DNA from: Candidatus Borrarchaeum weybense
GTDB taxonomy: Archaea > Asgardarchaeota > Sifarchaeia > Borrarchaeales > Borrarchaeaceae
NCBI GenBank assembly: GCA_019057385.1
Contig: JAHQJS010000006.1
Coordinates: 320,001 to 384,000, forward strand
Direction: 5' to 3'
DNA: 64,000 bases
Below, one piece after another: positions 1 through 10,581 of the stretch (positions within the stretch are counted from its first letter, which is position 1; the number at the start of each line of letters is the position of its first letter). The notes beneath the pieces are model-generated. The model had not been told where the DNA came from and ran no database searches. It saw nothing but the letters and a program-made list of their open reading frames with translations. The position numbers were made by a program, and so were the translations under genes.

Positions 1-1001
1 CGTGCTCCAGTGAGAAACATTGCACATTTCAATTCAGCGATAATACTATCTATAACAGATTTTACGGCTTCTACATCTCCACTGAAGGCAGGTTCTAGCA
101 ATGGTGAGGCTATTCCTATGCCATCTGCACCTAGAGCAATCGCTTTGGCTATATCCATACCATTTCTTATTCCACCTGAAGCTATTATTTCTACTTGTGA
201 AGTCGAATGTACTACTTCAACCGTGCTTACCACTGTTGGCAAGCCCCAGTCCCAGAATAATGTTCCAAGCCTTTTTAAACGTTCTAATCCTTGTTCCTCA
301 GCACGATATACTTCAACTGCAGAAAAACTTGTTCCTCCTACTCCTTGGATGTCTATTCCAGCTACACCTGCCTTTTCAAGAAGATTGGCAGTTTCTCTAG
401 AGATGCCTGCTCCAGTTTCTTTAGCAATTATTGGAACATCTAATTCATCTGCCAGTTTATTGATTGCTTGGATTACACCTAAATAGTTTGAGTCTCCTTC
501 AGGTTGAATGGCTTCCTGTAATGCATTTAAATGGATTGCTAAAGCATTTCCATCAATCATTTCAATAACTTTTTTTGCCTCTTTTGCTCTGATAGTACCA
601 TCTACCAATTGTGGTGCACCAATATTTCCAATTAAGAAAGCATCTGGCGCGTATTTTCTGGCTATAGAATATGTTATTTCTAATTGAGGGTTTTCTAGTG
701 CTGCTCTTTGGCTTCCCAGACCGAGACCAACGCCAATTTCTTGTGCTGCAATTGCTAGGGTTTTGTTGATCTTTTCAGCAACTGGATGTCCACCTGTCAT
801 TGCGCTAATAAAAATTGGAGCAGCAAATTCGTGTCCGAATAATTTGCTATTGGTTTTAATATTGGCTAAATCTGATTCTGGAAGTGCACTATGTACAAAA
901 TCAATATCTTCGAATCCAGTAGATTTTTTCGTTTGGACATCCTTATCTAAACATATCTTGATATGATCTAGTTTTCTTGCTACTGTTGCCTGATTTTTCA
1001 A
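1..1001 (-). CDS. fni: Type 2 isopentenyl-diphosphate delta-isomerase (3' end runs off the window)
   Basis: Absent from the ORF track. Manual minus-strand translation from TTG at 1001 gives RKLDHI..., ISAMTGG, GLGSQRAA, IGNIGAPQL and AMFLTGA, which are IDI-2 motifs. Lies downstream of ipk. Confidence 0.93.
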   Translation of the reverse strand, partial: MKNQATVARKLDHIKICLDKDVQTKKSTGFEDIDFVHSALPESDLANIKTNSKLFGHEFAAPIFISAMTGGHPVAEKINKTLAIAAQEIGVGLGLGSQRAALENPQLEITYSIARKYAPDAFLIGNIGAPQLVDGTIRAKEAKKVIEMIDGNALAIHLNALQEAIQPEGDSNYLGVIQAINKLADELDVPIIAKETGAGISRETANLLEKAGVAGIDIQGVGGTSFSAVEVYRAEEQGLERLKRLGTLFWDWGLPTVVSTVEVVHSTSQVEIIASGGIRNGMDIAKAIALGADGIGIASPLLEPAFSGDVEAVKSVIDSIIAELKCAMFLTGA

Positions 1002-1028
1002 TGCAAGAACCTCTATCTAATGTTTTTC

Positions 1029-1817
1029 TCATCGCGTGAAATAAGTGCCTACTACCTTTTTACCTTTTAAAACTTCTTCGATAATACCTGGCTTTGTTGC
1101 ATTGATTATTATAGCGTCCACGCCTTCTCTCATCAAAGGCTCAATTTCCTTTAACTTACCAAACATGCCGCCAGTAACGTCTGAGGCAACGGATTCTTTA
1201 GCTAATGAAAGCAAATTTTCAAAAGTATTAAGATTGATTTCAGGGATGAGTTTTTTGTCAGAATCCAACAAACCATCTACATTTGTTGCAAAAATCACTC
1301 TTTTTACGGAGAGTTCTTTTGCTAAGTAATTAACGATTTGATCACCGGATAATATCGCGATTCCTTGTGTAAGATCCATTACTGCATCTCCATAAAAGAC
1401 AGGAATAAAATCAAATTTCAATAAGTTTCTTGTTGGTTCAAGATCCATGTGTGCGATACGTCCACTATCAGTCAGGGTGCATGCGGAAGGCTGTACAGAA
1501 ACTACAGGAATTTCTTCTGCTAAAAATGTATCAACAATGGCCTTATTTAATGTCATCATTGCTCTTCTTGTTTCCGAGAAGCCAATTCTTTGACTTGGCG
1601 ATTGCCACCCCTTATGAATTTGATACTTATTGGCGATTGGATGACCAAAGGACCCCCCACCATGAACCAAAAGCAAATTTATGAAAGAAATTACTGTTAA
1701 AACCTCTTTGGCAATTCTTTGAATAGTTTTCGAATCTATTTGATTTTGTTTTGACTTATCTGTGATCACGCTACCGCCAAGTTTCAATATCGTCAAATTC
1801 TTGAGATATGTACTCAT
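1029..1817 (-). CDS. ipk: Isopentenyl phosphate kinase
   Basis: KLGGSVITDK, HGGGSFGH, SGD and DVTGGM motifs; adjacent to fni. Confidence 0.92.
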   Translation of the reverse strand: MSTYLKNLTILKLGGSVITDKSKQNQIDSKTIQRIAKEVLTVISFINLLLVHGGGSFGHPIANKYQIHKGWQSPSQRIGFSETRRAMMTLNKAIVDTFLAEEIPVVSVQPSACTLTDSGRIAHMDLEPTRNLLKFDFIPVFYGDAVMDLTQGIAILSGDQIVNYLAKELSVKRVIFATNVDGLLDSDKKLIPEINLNTFENLLSLAKESVASDVTGGMFGKLKEIEPLMREGVDAIIINATKPGIIEEVLKGKKVVGTYFTR

Positions 1818-1986
1818 AACATCCCAGCAGAACTTTTGTTATCTAAATTGATAAACAAACTGTTTAGTAATATAAGCAAGTAGAATCACAAGCTAGACAA
1901 AGTGTATAATAAGATATCTTATGTTCAAATACTTTGACCAAACCTCTTCTAATCAACCCAGTCACTATTGAGTGGTTGCTATAATT

Positions 1987-4848
1987 TTATAATTCTAAGC
2001 TTTGGAAGCGTTCCTGAGTCAAAGCCTTGAATATGGCGACGTCTTTGATGGTTTGTGTTATTGATTCGCTAATGACTTGCGAACGTCCTCCTTGTTTTGT
2101 GATATGAAACACAGCGTCAGCTACACGCTCAAACTCAGAGTCATGAGTTACGACCAAAGTTTGTTTGGTGGGACGCGTCCGTTCGAATACCATGACAAGG
2201 TCTTTTCGGCGCTGTGTGTCAAGCATCGAGGTTGGTTCGTCTAAGATGAGAATATCTTGATTAGCTAACAAACGAGCAATTGCCATCCTGATAGAAATGC
2301 AAGCGATCACTTGTTCCCCTCCGCTCAACATGATTAGCGGTTCCGCTCGTCCTGAACGATGGATGAGCAAGTCGTAATCTTCCGTAATGGTAATTTTTTC
2401 GTACTCATCATTTCCTATTAGGTACGTGAAAATCTCCGTAGCATACTCAGATATTTCGTCCACATATTGCGTTCTAAGTATGGGAACAATTTCACGGCAG
2501 AACTGACGAACAATCGTAGCACTCTCGTATTTTAATTTCTCGGTATCTAATTTCGAGTCGATCCCTTTTAATTCTTTCATTTTCTCTTCGAGATCATGAA
2601 TACGATCCTCTTTTTCTGGAATCGATTTTTTGGCAAGGAAATCGATCTTTGTTTTTAATTCAGTTTGTTTGTGTTTTAAATTGTCTAATTCCTCTTCTAG
2701 TCGCTGGAATTCCGCGGAGTCAAACCTCTTTTGAAGGACATCTAATTGTTCTTTAGTTTTAGTATATTCGTCTTCGCATGCTTTATTCTCGCTACATTGC
2801 TTTTTTAAGTTTGAAATGTCAGATATGAGCAATATCAGTTTTTTGTATTGTTCTTCTTTCTCCTCTAATTGCTTTTTGTCCTCTGTGAGTTTTTTTTCGT
2901 CGAATTCCATTTCTAATTTCTTATATTGCTCCCGAAGGGTGTTGATTTCATTAGTACGGATTTTTATGGTTTCTTTGAGTTCAACTATCTGATGATACTC
3001 TTTCAGCATCTCTTTTTCAGAATTCAATCTCTCATACAACTGTTTAATTTTCTGATTGACCTCTTGAGTATTTATATCGCTCATTGGCAAATTTTCTAAA
3101 TTTTGCTGAGCGGTTTGCAATTCAGTTGTAAATTCTTCGATATTTGATTTTATAGACTCTATTTCTGAAACAATCAGGGAGAGTTTCGAAAACTTGCTTC
3201 TCTTGTTTTGCAAGTCTTCCATCACTTTTTTAGCGCTTTCTAGGGCATCTTCAATTAGTGCTTTCTTTTCTTCGATTTCTTGTTCCTTTATTTTAAGTTG
3301 TTCGATGAGATCATTTGATTCCTGAATAATTTTATTTTTGTGAGTACCTGTAACTTTTTGCTTACACTTTGGACAAGTTACGCCAGTTTTCAATTGTTCT
3401 ATCTCAAGTAATTCTTCATTAATTTCTTCAACTTTCTTTTGGACTTGATGTAGTTGATTACTTTCTTGTTCCCTTGTTGTCAAGAACTGTTCTATTTGCT
3501 GTTCAATCTTCTGTATTTCATTTTCAAAGTCAATTTCGTTAAGATTCTTGAAAATCATTTCCCAATTTTTTGATGATTTCGACGCCGCTTTTTCTTTTTT
3601 AGTGAGTTTTTTATTATTTTTTTGGATTTCCTTTGATAAATTATCTATTGTAGTTTTAAACTCAGTTCTACTGGTCTCGATTTCTTGAATTTCCTTTCTC
3701 AAGCTTTCAAGAGTAGCAATCTCTGATTCAATTGAATTACTCTCCCTTTCTAGAAAGTCTTCAATTTGTTCTTCTGAGATGGATTTTATTTCTGGTTTTT
3801 TTGAAACAAGATTTTCATGAGATTTAATCGATTTTTCAGTCGTTTTGTCAATATTTTTGCTCTCTTTCTCGATCTGTGCTCTCAGGTTTTTCAATTGAGA
3901 TTTTAGATCTTTTTGCTTCTCAATTTCTAACTTGATTTTTTCGGTAATTTCTTCAATAGTTGCTTTTTCAGAGTGAAATTGCGAAATTACATCTGCTAAA
4001 AAGTCGTCTTCAATAATCAGGGTGATATTCGTTAATTTTTCGATTTCTTGCTTGCTGTTTTCAATTTGATCCTTTATTCGGGATATATTCTCAAGTTGAG
4101 CGTCTTCTCTTGCAGTTAGTTCATTGATCAAGTCGTTGTCCTGTTTATACGATGAAAATTCTTCTTTTAAGTTTTTAATGATAGGTTTTATTATTTTTAA
4201 TTCTTCCTTATATGATTTCAATTCTTCTTTTAGATTTTTAAGATCCTCCTGCTCGTCGGGAAGTTTTTCAACATCACTAGCCCATTCATTCCTAATTTTT
4301 TCATACTCTTTGATACTAATTTCTGCCGCTTTTGTGATTTCACGAAGTTTTTCGAACAATTCTTGGAACGTTGCAAATCCTAGAAGTTTATCAAACAACC
4401 ATTTCCTCTTACTTGGCTGCTCCGAAGCAATCTGAGATATTTCCCCTTGAGGTATATATACAATGTTCCCGAATGCGTTAGCACTAACTCCAAGCAACTT
4501 TTCAATTTCTTGTGTGACAGTTTTTGACTTTTCGGCTACGATCTTGTTGGGATGACGATGAAGTGTGGCTTCAGAACCACTTCGCCTAATTTTCCTTCCC
4601 ACTAAATAACGTTTTCCGTCGACTGAGAAGGTTAGAGACAAGTCAGAAGATGTTTCCCCCATTCGGATCAAGAACTCTGCTTTCTTGTTCGGTACACTTC
4701 CAAATAAAGAGTACATGATAGCCTCAAAGATTGAGGTCTTTCCGGCACCGTTATCACCTATGATTATATTATGTCCTTCTAAAAAGTCAAATTCAGCATC
4801 CACATAGGTCTTGAAATTTTTCATAGACAACTTTTCAATCAATAGCAC
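1987..4848 (-). CDS. rad50: Rad50/SbcC SMC-like DNA double-strand break repair ATPase
   Basis: Walker A GDNGAGKT, Q-loop YIPQGEI, long coiled coil with central CPKC zinc hook, LSGGE signature, LDEPT Walker B. Confidence 0.93.
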   Translation of the reverse strand: MLLIEKLSMKNFKTYVDAEFDFLEGHNIIIGDNGAGKTSIFEAIMYSLFGSVPNKKAEFLIRMGETSSDLSLTFSVDGKRYLVGRKIRRSGSEATLHRHPNKIVAEKSKTVTQEIEKLLGVSANAFGNIVYIPQGEISQIASEQPSKRKWLFDKLLGFATFQELFEKLREITKAAEISIKEYEKIRNEWASDVEKLPDEQEDLKNLKEELKSYKEELKIIKPIIKNLKEEFSSYKQDNDLINELTAREDAQLENISRIKDQIENSKQEIEKLTNITLIIEDDFLADVISQFHSEKATIEEITEKIKLEIEKQKDLKSQLKNLRAQIEKESKNIDKTTEKSIKSHENLVSKKPEIKSISEEQIEDFLERESNSIESEIATLESLRKEIQEIETSRTEFKTTIDNLSKEIQKNNKKLTKKEKAASKSSKNWEMIFKNLNEIDFENEIQKIEQQIEQFLTTREQESNQLHQVQKKVEEINEELLEIEQLKTGVTCPKCKQKVTGTHKNKIIQESNDLIEQLKIKEQEIEEKKALIEDALESAKKVMEDLQNKRSKFSKLSLIVSEIESIKSNIEEFTTELQTAQQNLENLPMSDINTQEVNQKIKQLYERLNSEKEMLKEYHQIVELKETIKIRTNEINTLREQYKKLEMEFDEKKLTEDKKQLEEKEEQYKKLILLISDISNLKKQCSENKACEDEYTKTKEQLDVLQKRFDSAEFQRLEEELDNLKHKQTELKTKIDFLAKKSIPEKEDRIHDLEEKMKELKGIDSKLDTEKLKYESATIVRQFCREIVPILRTQYVDEISEYATEIFTYLIGNDEYEKITITEDYDLLIHRSGRAEPLIMLSGGEQVIACISIRMAIARLLANQDILILDEPTSMLDTQRRKDLVMVFERTRPTKQTLVVTHDSEFERVADAVFHITKQGGRSQVISESITQTIKDVAIFKALTQERFQSLEL

Positions 4849-4859
4849 ATCTTTCCCTC

Positions 4860-6098
4860 CTACTCCTGCGATTTTTGGATTTTCTTAACAAATTTGTCGA
4901 ATACATCTTCGTATAAATTGTAGTTCCTGTCTTCTGTAATTTTGATAAGTTTTTCAACAAAGGAAAGATAGGGTGGTATCTCTTTTTCAGGCATCTTGAA
5001 TTGCTCTCTCAGAACATCTTCGTATGCGTCTCTTCTTGATTGAGGTTTCCAGGTAACTGTAGAGATAGACTTAAATTTAGAGATGATATCGGCATGGAAT
5101 GCTTTTGTGATCTTATTGCGGAATCTTTGTAGATTGACGAATGGGTGTTCCATGCCCTCATATGAACCAGAGAAAACAAACTTTAGGATAGCGTTGTGCG
5201 TATCGTTCTCGATCAAAATTCTTTCAGTCTTGTTCCTGATCGATTCAAGTTCCATCTGATCGAATTCTGTACGAACCTGGCGTTTTGGGCGGACTTTATA
5301 TGTGATATATTTTGTATCTAACTTCCATGACATCTGCGATTCATCGCAATAAGAGATAACGGAGTAAAATCCCTTTTCATCAGCGAATTCATTTTCGCTT
5401 GAAGATTGCCATTCTGTCGAACTTACGTGTTCCGTTGAGCCTGGGCAGTAAAGACGAAGTTCTGGATCTTCGTATCGCATATGATAATGTCCAGCAGCAA
5501 CGTAATCGAATAAATGAGGTAATTGGCGTTTTCGAAGGTCAACATTTCCCCTCATTCCTTCGAAATATGCATGGATCATTAATATCTTTGGTACATCAGT
5601 TCTTTCCAACTCCTCGCGATAATTATTAAGTAATTCCATTAATGCCTTACTTGTACGCTTTCCATAATATTGAATTCCCAAGATGAGTGCAATTTCTCTT
5701 CCATTCTTCATAACGGGTATACATTCATCCTGAATATAAGTCAGCAGCTCCATATCCTCAAGAAAGTCGAGGATATCTCCCCCATATTTTTTATCCCTAG
5801 AATAAGTGGTGTCGTGATTTCCCTGAATTATATAAAGTGGTATCCCCTTTGACTTTATTTTAGAAAGTATATGTATGGCTTGTCGGAGCTCGGGAGCGCC
5901 TGGACGCGAAGTTTCAAACATATCTCCAGTAAAAAGAATGAAATCAGGCGATTCATCAAGGGCGATGTCTACTGCCTTGTTGAAGGCGAGCGCAAAATCG
6001 TCAAATCTATCTATTAAATTATATTGGCGATTTCCAAGATGGGCGTCGGATATGTGACACCATTTAATTGGAGACTCGATCACAAGAATCACTCCCAA
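4860..6098 (-). CDS. mre11: Mre11/SbcD nuclease
   Basis: SDAHLG, GDMF, GNHD, AGHYH and YCPGS metallophosphoesterase motifs; directly upstream of rad50. Confidence 0.92.
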   Translation of the reverse strand: MGVILVIESPIKWCHISDAHLGNRQYNLIDRFDDFALAFNKAVDIALDESPDFILFTGDMFETSRPGAPELRQAIHILSKIKSKGIPLYIIQGNHDTTYSRDKKYGGDILDFLEDMELLTYIQDECIPVMKNGREIALILGIQYYGKRTSKALMELLNNYREELERTDVPKILMIHAYFEGMRGNVDLRKRQLPHLFDYVAAGHYHMRYEDPELRLYCPGSTEHVSSTEWQSSSENEFADEKGFYSVISYCDESQMSWKLDTKYITYKVRPKRQVRTEFDQMELESIRNKTERILIENDTHNAILKFVFSGSYEGMEHPFVNLQRFRNKITKAFHADIISKFKSISTVTWKPQSRRDAYEDVLREQFKMPEKEIPPYLSFVEKLIKITEDRNYNLYEDVFDKFVKKIQKSQE

Positions 6099-6188
6099 AG
6101 TTTTTTTTTAAATTTTGCACAAATATTAAATCATTAACATATCAATTTCACATTTCTATAAGATCACTGCTCCTAATAGTGAAAAGAA

Positions 6189-7739
6189 TTATATTTCTAG
6201 CTGTAATTTTCTTTCTTTTTCTTCTTCTACGGCGGAAGCGAAGACAGCCCGAGTTCTTGCCCATTGACGAATACTATCAACCTTTTCTTTCATAGTTTTG
6301 GAAAGAGGAACAGTTTTATCAACACCTTTAAGTACATCTTCTGCTTCAAGTTCTCGTTCTTCGGCAAAAGCATCATACATCGCTGAAATGATCGCTTCTT
6401 CTATTTCTGCACCGCTAAAACCGTTTGTTTTTGTGGCTATCGTTTCAACATCGAATTTAGCAGGATCACGTCTCCGTTTCGCGAGATGTATCCGAATGAT
6501 TTCTTTTCTTTCATCTACAGATGGAAGATCAATGAAGAAGATCTCATCAAATCTGCCTTTTCTTAAGAGCTCTGGGGGCATGATTTCGATATTATTCGCG
6601 GTTGCTATGACAAAAACAGGAGATTCCTTTTCTTGTAACCATGTTATAAAACTACCAAATACCCTAGCTGTAACACCAGAATCTGTTTGACCTGAGCTTT
6701 GAACACCAGACAATCCTTTCTCGATCTCATCAATCCACAATATAGCAGGTGCGATCGATTCTGCCATATTGAGGGCTCTACGGACGTTTGCTTCAGAAGA
6801 ACCTACGACTCCGCTAAAGATTTTGCCAACATCAAGTCGCAATAGGGGAAGTTTCCAAAGGGAAGCTACTGCTTTTGCGGTAAGAGATTTACCGCACCCT
6901 TGAACGCCTATAAGGAGTATACCTTTAGGTTGTGGAAGGCCATAGTTTCGTGCTTTTTCGGTGAATGCTCTAGTCCTTTTTTTGACCCATTCTTTCAAGT
7001 TTTCCAATCCACCGACATTTTCCATTTTTTCAGTGGAATGAAAGTATTCAAGGATTCCCGATTTCCGGATAATTTGTTCTTTTTCACTGATAATTAACTC
7101 GGGGTCAAATGTTTTTTTGACAACAAGAGACTTAGCAAATACATTTTCTGCTTCGTCCATGGTCAATCCCAAGGCTGACTTAAGAATCTGCTCACGAGTA
7201 AGGTCATCCAAATTAACATCAACCTTTGGATTGTCTTTCACCGAATTAATTATCCCTCTGAGTATACGCTCTAGCGTTTTCAAGCTGGGAAGTTGGTAAT
7301 CAATTACAGTAATTAATTTTTCCAATTCAACTGGTATTTCTAGCACTGGAGAGACAACAATTATCGTCTTATTAGATTTTTTCACCTCTTCGGCGCAATC
7401 TCGTAATCTTCGGATGACTTGTGGATCTTTTAAGTAAGGATGAAAATCTTTTAAAACGAAAAGTAAGGGTCTCTGGACACTATACACATAATCAAGCGCA
7501 GTCAGAGGATCTCTCACAGAATTATCGATTTCTTTTCCTGATTGTGTTTTTATACCCTCTGTGATTGACCAGCAGAACATTTCTTTTTCCCTTTCTTGAG
7601 CAACCTCAGAAAGACTTTCTAAGACCCTCCCTTCTTCCCAAGAGACGATATATATCACAGGATACCTCGCTCTGACCAAAATTTCGATTTCATTTTTCGA
7701 ATAAGAGTCGATCTTGTTCATTTTTCGTTTCTCCTTCAT
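6189..7739 (-). CDS. Ycf46-like AAA+ ATPase
   Basis: N-terminal RARYPVIYIVSWEE and LKDFH; Walker A GVQGCGKS, Walker B WIDEIEK, PPELLRKGRFDE. Confidence 0.88.
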   Translation of the reverse strand: MKEKRKMNKIDSYSKNEIEILVRARYPVIYIVSWEEGRVLESLSEVAQEREKEMFCWSITEGIKTQSGKEIDNSVRDPLTALDYVYSVQRPLLFVLKDFHPYLKDPQVIRRLRDCAEEVKKSNKTIIVVSPVLEIPVELEKLITVIDYQLPSLKTLERILRGIINSVKDNPKVDVNLDDLTREQILKSALGLTMDEAENVFAKSLVVKKTFDPELIISEKEQIIRKSGILEYFHSTEKMENVGGLENLKEWVKKRTRAFTEKARNYGLPQPKGILLIGVQGCGKSLTAKAVASLWKLPLLRLDVGKIFSGVVGSSEANVRRALNMAESIAPAILWIDEIEKGLSGVQSSGQTDSGVTARVFGSFITWLQEKESPVFVIATANNIEIMPPELLRKGRFDEIFFIDLPSVDERKEIIRIHLAKRRRDPAKFDVETIATKTNGFSGAEIEEAIISAMYDAFAEERELEAEDVLKGVDKTVPLSKTMKEKVDSIRQWARTRAVFASAVEEEKERKLQLEI

Positions 7740-7917
7740 TTTTACAAGTTAATCCAGATAAGGACACGACGAGCGGCACGAGGGATCCTGGCAAATCACA
7801 AATCGTGACCGTTCCGTCTGGATCAATATAGATATCCGTCTTAATAAGAAACTCTAGTTCTGGTATGTGATTCCTCCTCTTCATAATATTCTGATGTATA
7901 TTCTCTCTCTTCGACAT
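7690..7917 (-). CDS. Small hypothetical protein in the Ycf46 module (start uncertain)
   Basis: Fills the gap between the DUF2997-like gene and the ATPase. IDPDGTVTI resembles IDPNGNVNI of its neighbour. Overlaps both flanking genes. Confidence 0.4.
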   Translation of the reverse strand: MSKRENIHQNIMKRRNHIPELEFLIKTDIYIDPDGTVTICDLPGSLVPLVVSLSGLTCKNEGETKNEQDRLLFEK

Positions 7918-8044
7918 CTCCTAACTCATCCTCCAGGAACTTGGTCGCATCAATGCATCCTTTCCCTTTTACTCCCTTAACTTTGATGTTCACATTGCCA
8001 TTCGGGTCTATCATTATTTCAAGTTCGGTTGTTTTTACACCCAT
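7841..8044 (-). CDS. DUF2997-like protein
   Basis: IDPNGNVNIKVKGVKGKGC..T..LE..LG..TSEYY pattern; usual partner of DUF1257 and Ycf46. Confidence 0.82.
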   Translation of the reverse strand: MGVKTTELEIMIDPNGNVNIKVKGVKGKGCIDATKFLEDELGDVEEREYTSEYYEEEESHTRTRVSY

Positions 8045-8421
8045 TGTCTTCTCACCACAGTTAACTTAATTTCATTATTTTCTGTTAATGTTTCGTTAGT
8101 GACTGAATATCCTTTTTTCTTTACCTCAGCTATGATTTTGTGGTAACTGTATCGTTGCGTTAGTTTTTGCAGAAACTCATTTCTATTTATCTTAATCCCA
8201 TACCAATCTGCAACGATTTCGATTTCTCCTGTTGCGCTTTTTCTCAATCCGATGTCATAACCTCGCGATGTAGTGATTTTAAGTTCAGCTTGAGTTTTTC
8301 TGCCACCATAACCTCTTGTTAGAACTTCTCCTTCTATAAAATTATAATTAAGATCCTTTAAAGACTTCTTTATTGCATCCATATCGGTTAGTTTTGTTTT
8401 AATGGTAGTAAAATGTGACAT
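8035..8421 (-). CDS. DUF1257 (Ycf35-like) protein
   Basis: MSHFTTIKT N-terminus (ATG at 8421 preceded by a G-rich RBS), DIG, ADW and QRYSY motifs. Confidence 0.85.
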   Translation of the reverse strand: MSHFTTIKTKLTDMDAIKKSLKDLNYNFIEGEVLTRGYGGRKTQAELKITTSRGYDIGLRKSATGEIEIVADWYGIKINRNEFLQKLTQRYSYHKIIAEVKKKGYSVTNETLTENNEIKLTVVRRQWV

Positions 8422-8875
8422 TTTTTTCCTACCCCCATAATTATTATTTAAAATAGTTCGTCCACTTAAAGAGTAAAAGGTAGTACCTATCATGATTTGT
8501 TTAGTATTAAAACAATATAGGGTACCTTTACAGAAGATATCTTCCCTTGTAGGTATAAAATGATAGAGAGAGTATGCAAAAAGTAATTCTATCTGAAAGT
8601 GTTTTTCTTCAGAATATTTTGAGGAGGCCTATTATTAACCATATATTCTCAGTTTTAATAATATACGAAAACGAGTAGATATTCTTGTTTATCGTGAAAT
8701 TTACCAACCATAAAAACTGTTCATTCTTTAGCGCGCAATTTTTTGATTAATGAAACATAATAGCATTATCTAATTTTGAAAAAATCATGAAAACACAATC
8801 AATTAACTCAGTACCTTTAGTTAATCATGAATGATCAATGAAGCATTAAAAGAATAATAGTAGAAACAGCAGTCT

Positions 8876-9499
8876 CTATTGCTCACGTCTAACTTTGCTT
8901 TCAAATTCTGAAAGCGGTACTTTGAATTCTTCGTTGCTTGCAATCTCGCCGCGTTCCTTAAGAACTTCTCTTGCAAGAAGCCAGAATATCAATGAAAGTG
9001 AACGACGTCCCTTATTGTTTGCCGGAATGACAATATCTACATTCTTGGTACCATTATCGGTATCACAGAGTGCAAGCACGGGAATACCTACGCGTAATGC
9101 TTCCTTTAAAGCTTGTCTATCAGCACGGGGGTCGGTAATCATAATTACTTCAGGTTCTATATATTCCTCAATATTTGGATTTGTTAAAGTTCCTGGAATA
9201 AAACGTCTTGACATAGCTTTGCATCTTATAGTCTCGCAAAAGGCTTCAATGGGTTTAAAACCATATGCTCTCGCTGAAACTACAAGAACTCTGTCAGTTT
9301 CGTATCGTGATAAGAACTTCGCTGCAGCCTTTATTCTCAGATCTGTAGTCCTTACATCAAGTACATAAAGTCCATCATTACGAACTCGATAAATGAATGG
9401 TTGCATACTTTTTGTGGCAATTTGTGTACCTATATGAATCCCACATGCAAGATATTGATCCAACGGGACTAATAGTTCCTCTCCTTCAGTTGTTTCCAT
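8876..9499 (-). CDS. rps2: 30S ribosomal protein uS2 (archaeal)
   Basis: GIHIGTQ, RFIPGTLTNP, DTDN and IPANNKGRRS motifs. Confidence 0.97.
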   Translation of the reverse strand: METTEGEELLVPLDQYLACGIHIGTQIATKSMQPFIYRVRNDGLYVLDVRTTDLRIKAAAKFLSRYETDRVLVVSARAYGFKPIEAFCETIRCKAMSRRFIPGTLTNPNIEEYIEPEVIMITDPRADRQALKEALRVGIPVLALCDTDNGTKNVDIVIPANNKGRRSLSLIFWLLAREVLKERGEIASNEEFKVPLSEFESKVRREQ

Positions 9500-9741
9500 T
9501 TCAGAAATTCTCTAGACCTCCTGAATATCTAGATATAGGGCAGATCCATCTATACGAAGGATTTGCTAGACATAACTGTTCATTTTTTCAAAGCTAGAGT
9601 TTTATGTCTTTTGTTTTTGCATATTTGATTCTATATTTTTCACTTTTTGAATGTATTTTTGTAACGATTCTGAATTTGAAGACTCAAAAAACTAATTATT
9701 ACCCTTTTTCATCAGTTTCTTACTCAAAAAAAAGCAGTTCT

Positions 9742-10368
9742 CTATTCAAATAAGATCTTGGCAATTTTAGTTCTAATTTCTTGCCTCATGCGTCTGAGTC
9801 TTGCTTCGAAAGTGTTATCTATCCGTATTGTTTCGTCAGAATTGGTTACAATTGCTCCTCCAACACTTCGTAAATTATCTTCTATAACTGATAGAGTTGT
9901 TGTCGTACCAGTTTGCTGCATCACACGTTGTTGAATTTTGCTAATATCTATATGTTTCCCATGACCTGTTTGAATTTTTATTTTAAGATCTCCACCATTT
10001 AATCCAATTGCGGCTTCTGTTATTAGATTATTTAGAGTTGTTACATATTCCGCTGAACTTACAAAACCTATTAATTTCTTCTGAGCCTGATCGAAAACGT
10101 CATTGATTATTTCTTCCTTATTCTTGAGTGTATCACTCCTTGCGGTAAGTTTAGCTTTTGCAATTTCTCTTTTTAATCTAAGATCTGCTTCCTTTTTTGC
10201 TTGTTCTATAATCTCTTTAGATACTCTTCCTGCTCTCTTTTGTACATCTTCAGAGAGCTCGCTCGCTATTTGATTTGCTTGATTTAGAATTTCTTTTGCT
10301 TTTTCTTCCGCATTTGCTAAGATCTCATCTTTCATCATATCGAAAACGTCAGTATTTGATTCTGTCAT
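9742..10368 (-). CDS. atpE: A/V-type ATP synthase subunit E
   Basis: N-terminal helical EAE/KA repeats; C-terminal GGAIV...IRIDNTFEARL...IAKILF. Confidence 0.88.
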   Translation of the reverse strand: MTESNTDVFDMMKDEILANAEEKAKEILNQANQIASELSEDVQKRAGRVSKEIIEQAKKEADLRLKREIAKAKLTARSDTLKNKEEIINDVFDQAQKKLIGFVSSAEYVTTLNNLITEAAIGLNGGDLKIKIQTGHGKHIDISKIQQRVMQQTGTTTTLSVIEDNLRSVGGAIVTNSDETIRIDNTFEARLRRMRQEIRTKIAKILFE

Positions 10369-10371
10369 AAG

Positions 10372-10403
10372 AATTCAGCCTCTCTAATTCAGCCTCTCTA
10401 ATT
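10372..10403. repeat. 14-bp tandem duplication AATTCAGCCTCTCT x2 (+AATT) covering the atpE ribosome-binding site
   Basis: Exact copies at 10372-10385 and 10386-10399. Confidence 0.85.
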
Positions 10404-10581
10404 ATATAATAAACAATACATCGCCAACAGAGTAGTAATTACATTATAACTTTTTCTGTTATTCACGATTTGCAGTTTGCATCTAGCTGACGAGAAGTTC
10501 TCTTACCAAAACTCTATAAGGTCTACACTCCTTTAAGGAATAAGTTTCTGTTCGTGAAATGTTGTATAATAACAACAGAGA

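Noticed and set aside
10-966. Plus-strand ORFs 10..486, 101..400 and 763..966
   Set aside because: Antisense shadows of the minus-strand fni gene, which the track missed because it runs off the window.
2500-4300. Low-complexity E/K/Q-rich periodicity
   Set aside because: Explained by the Rad50 coiled coil; not a DNA repeat.
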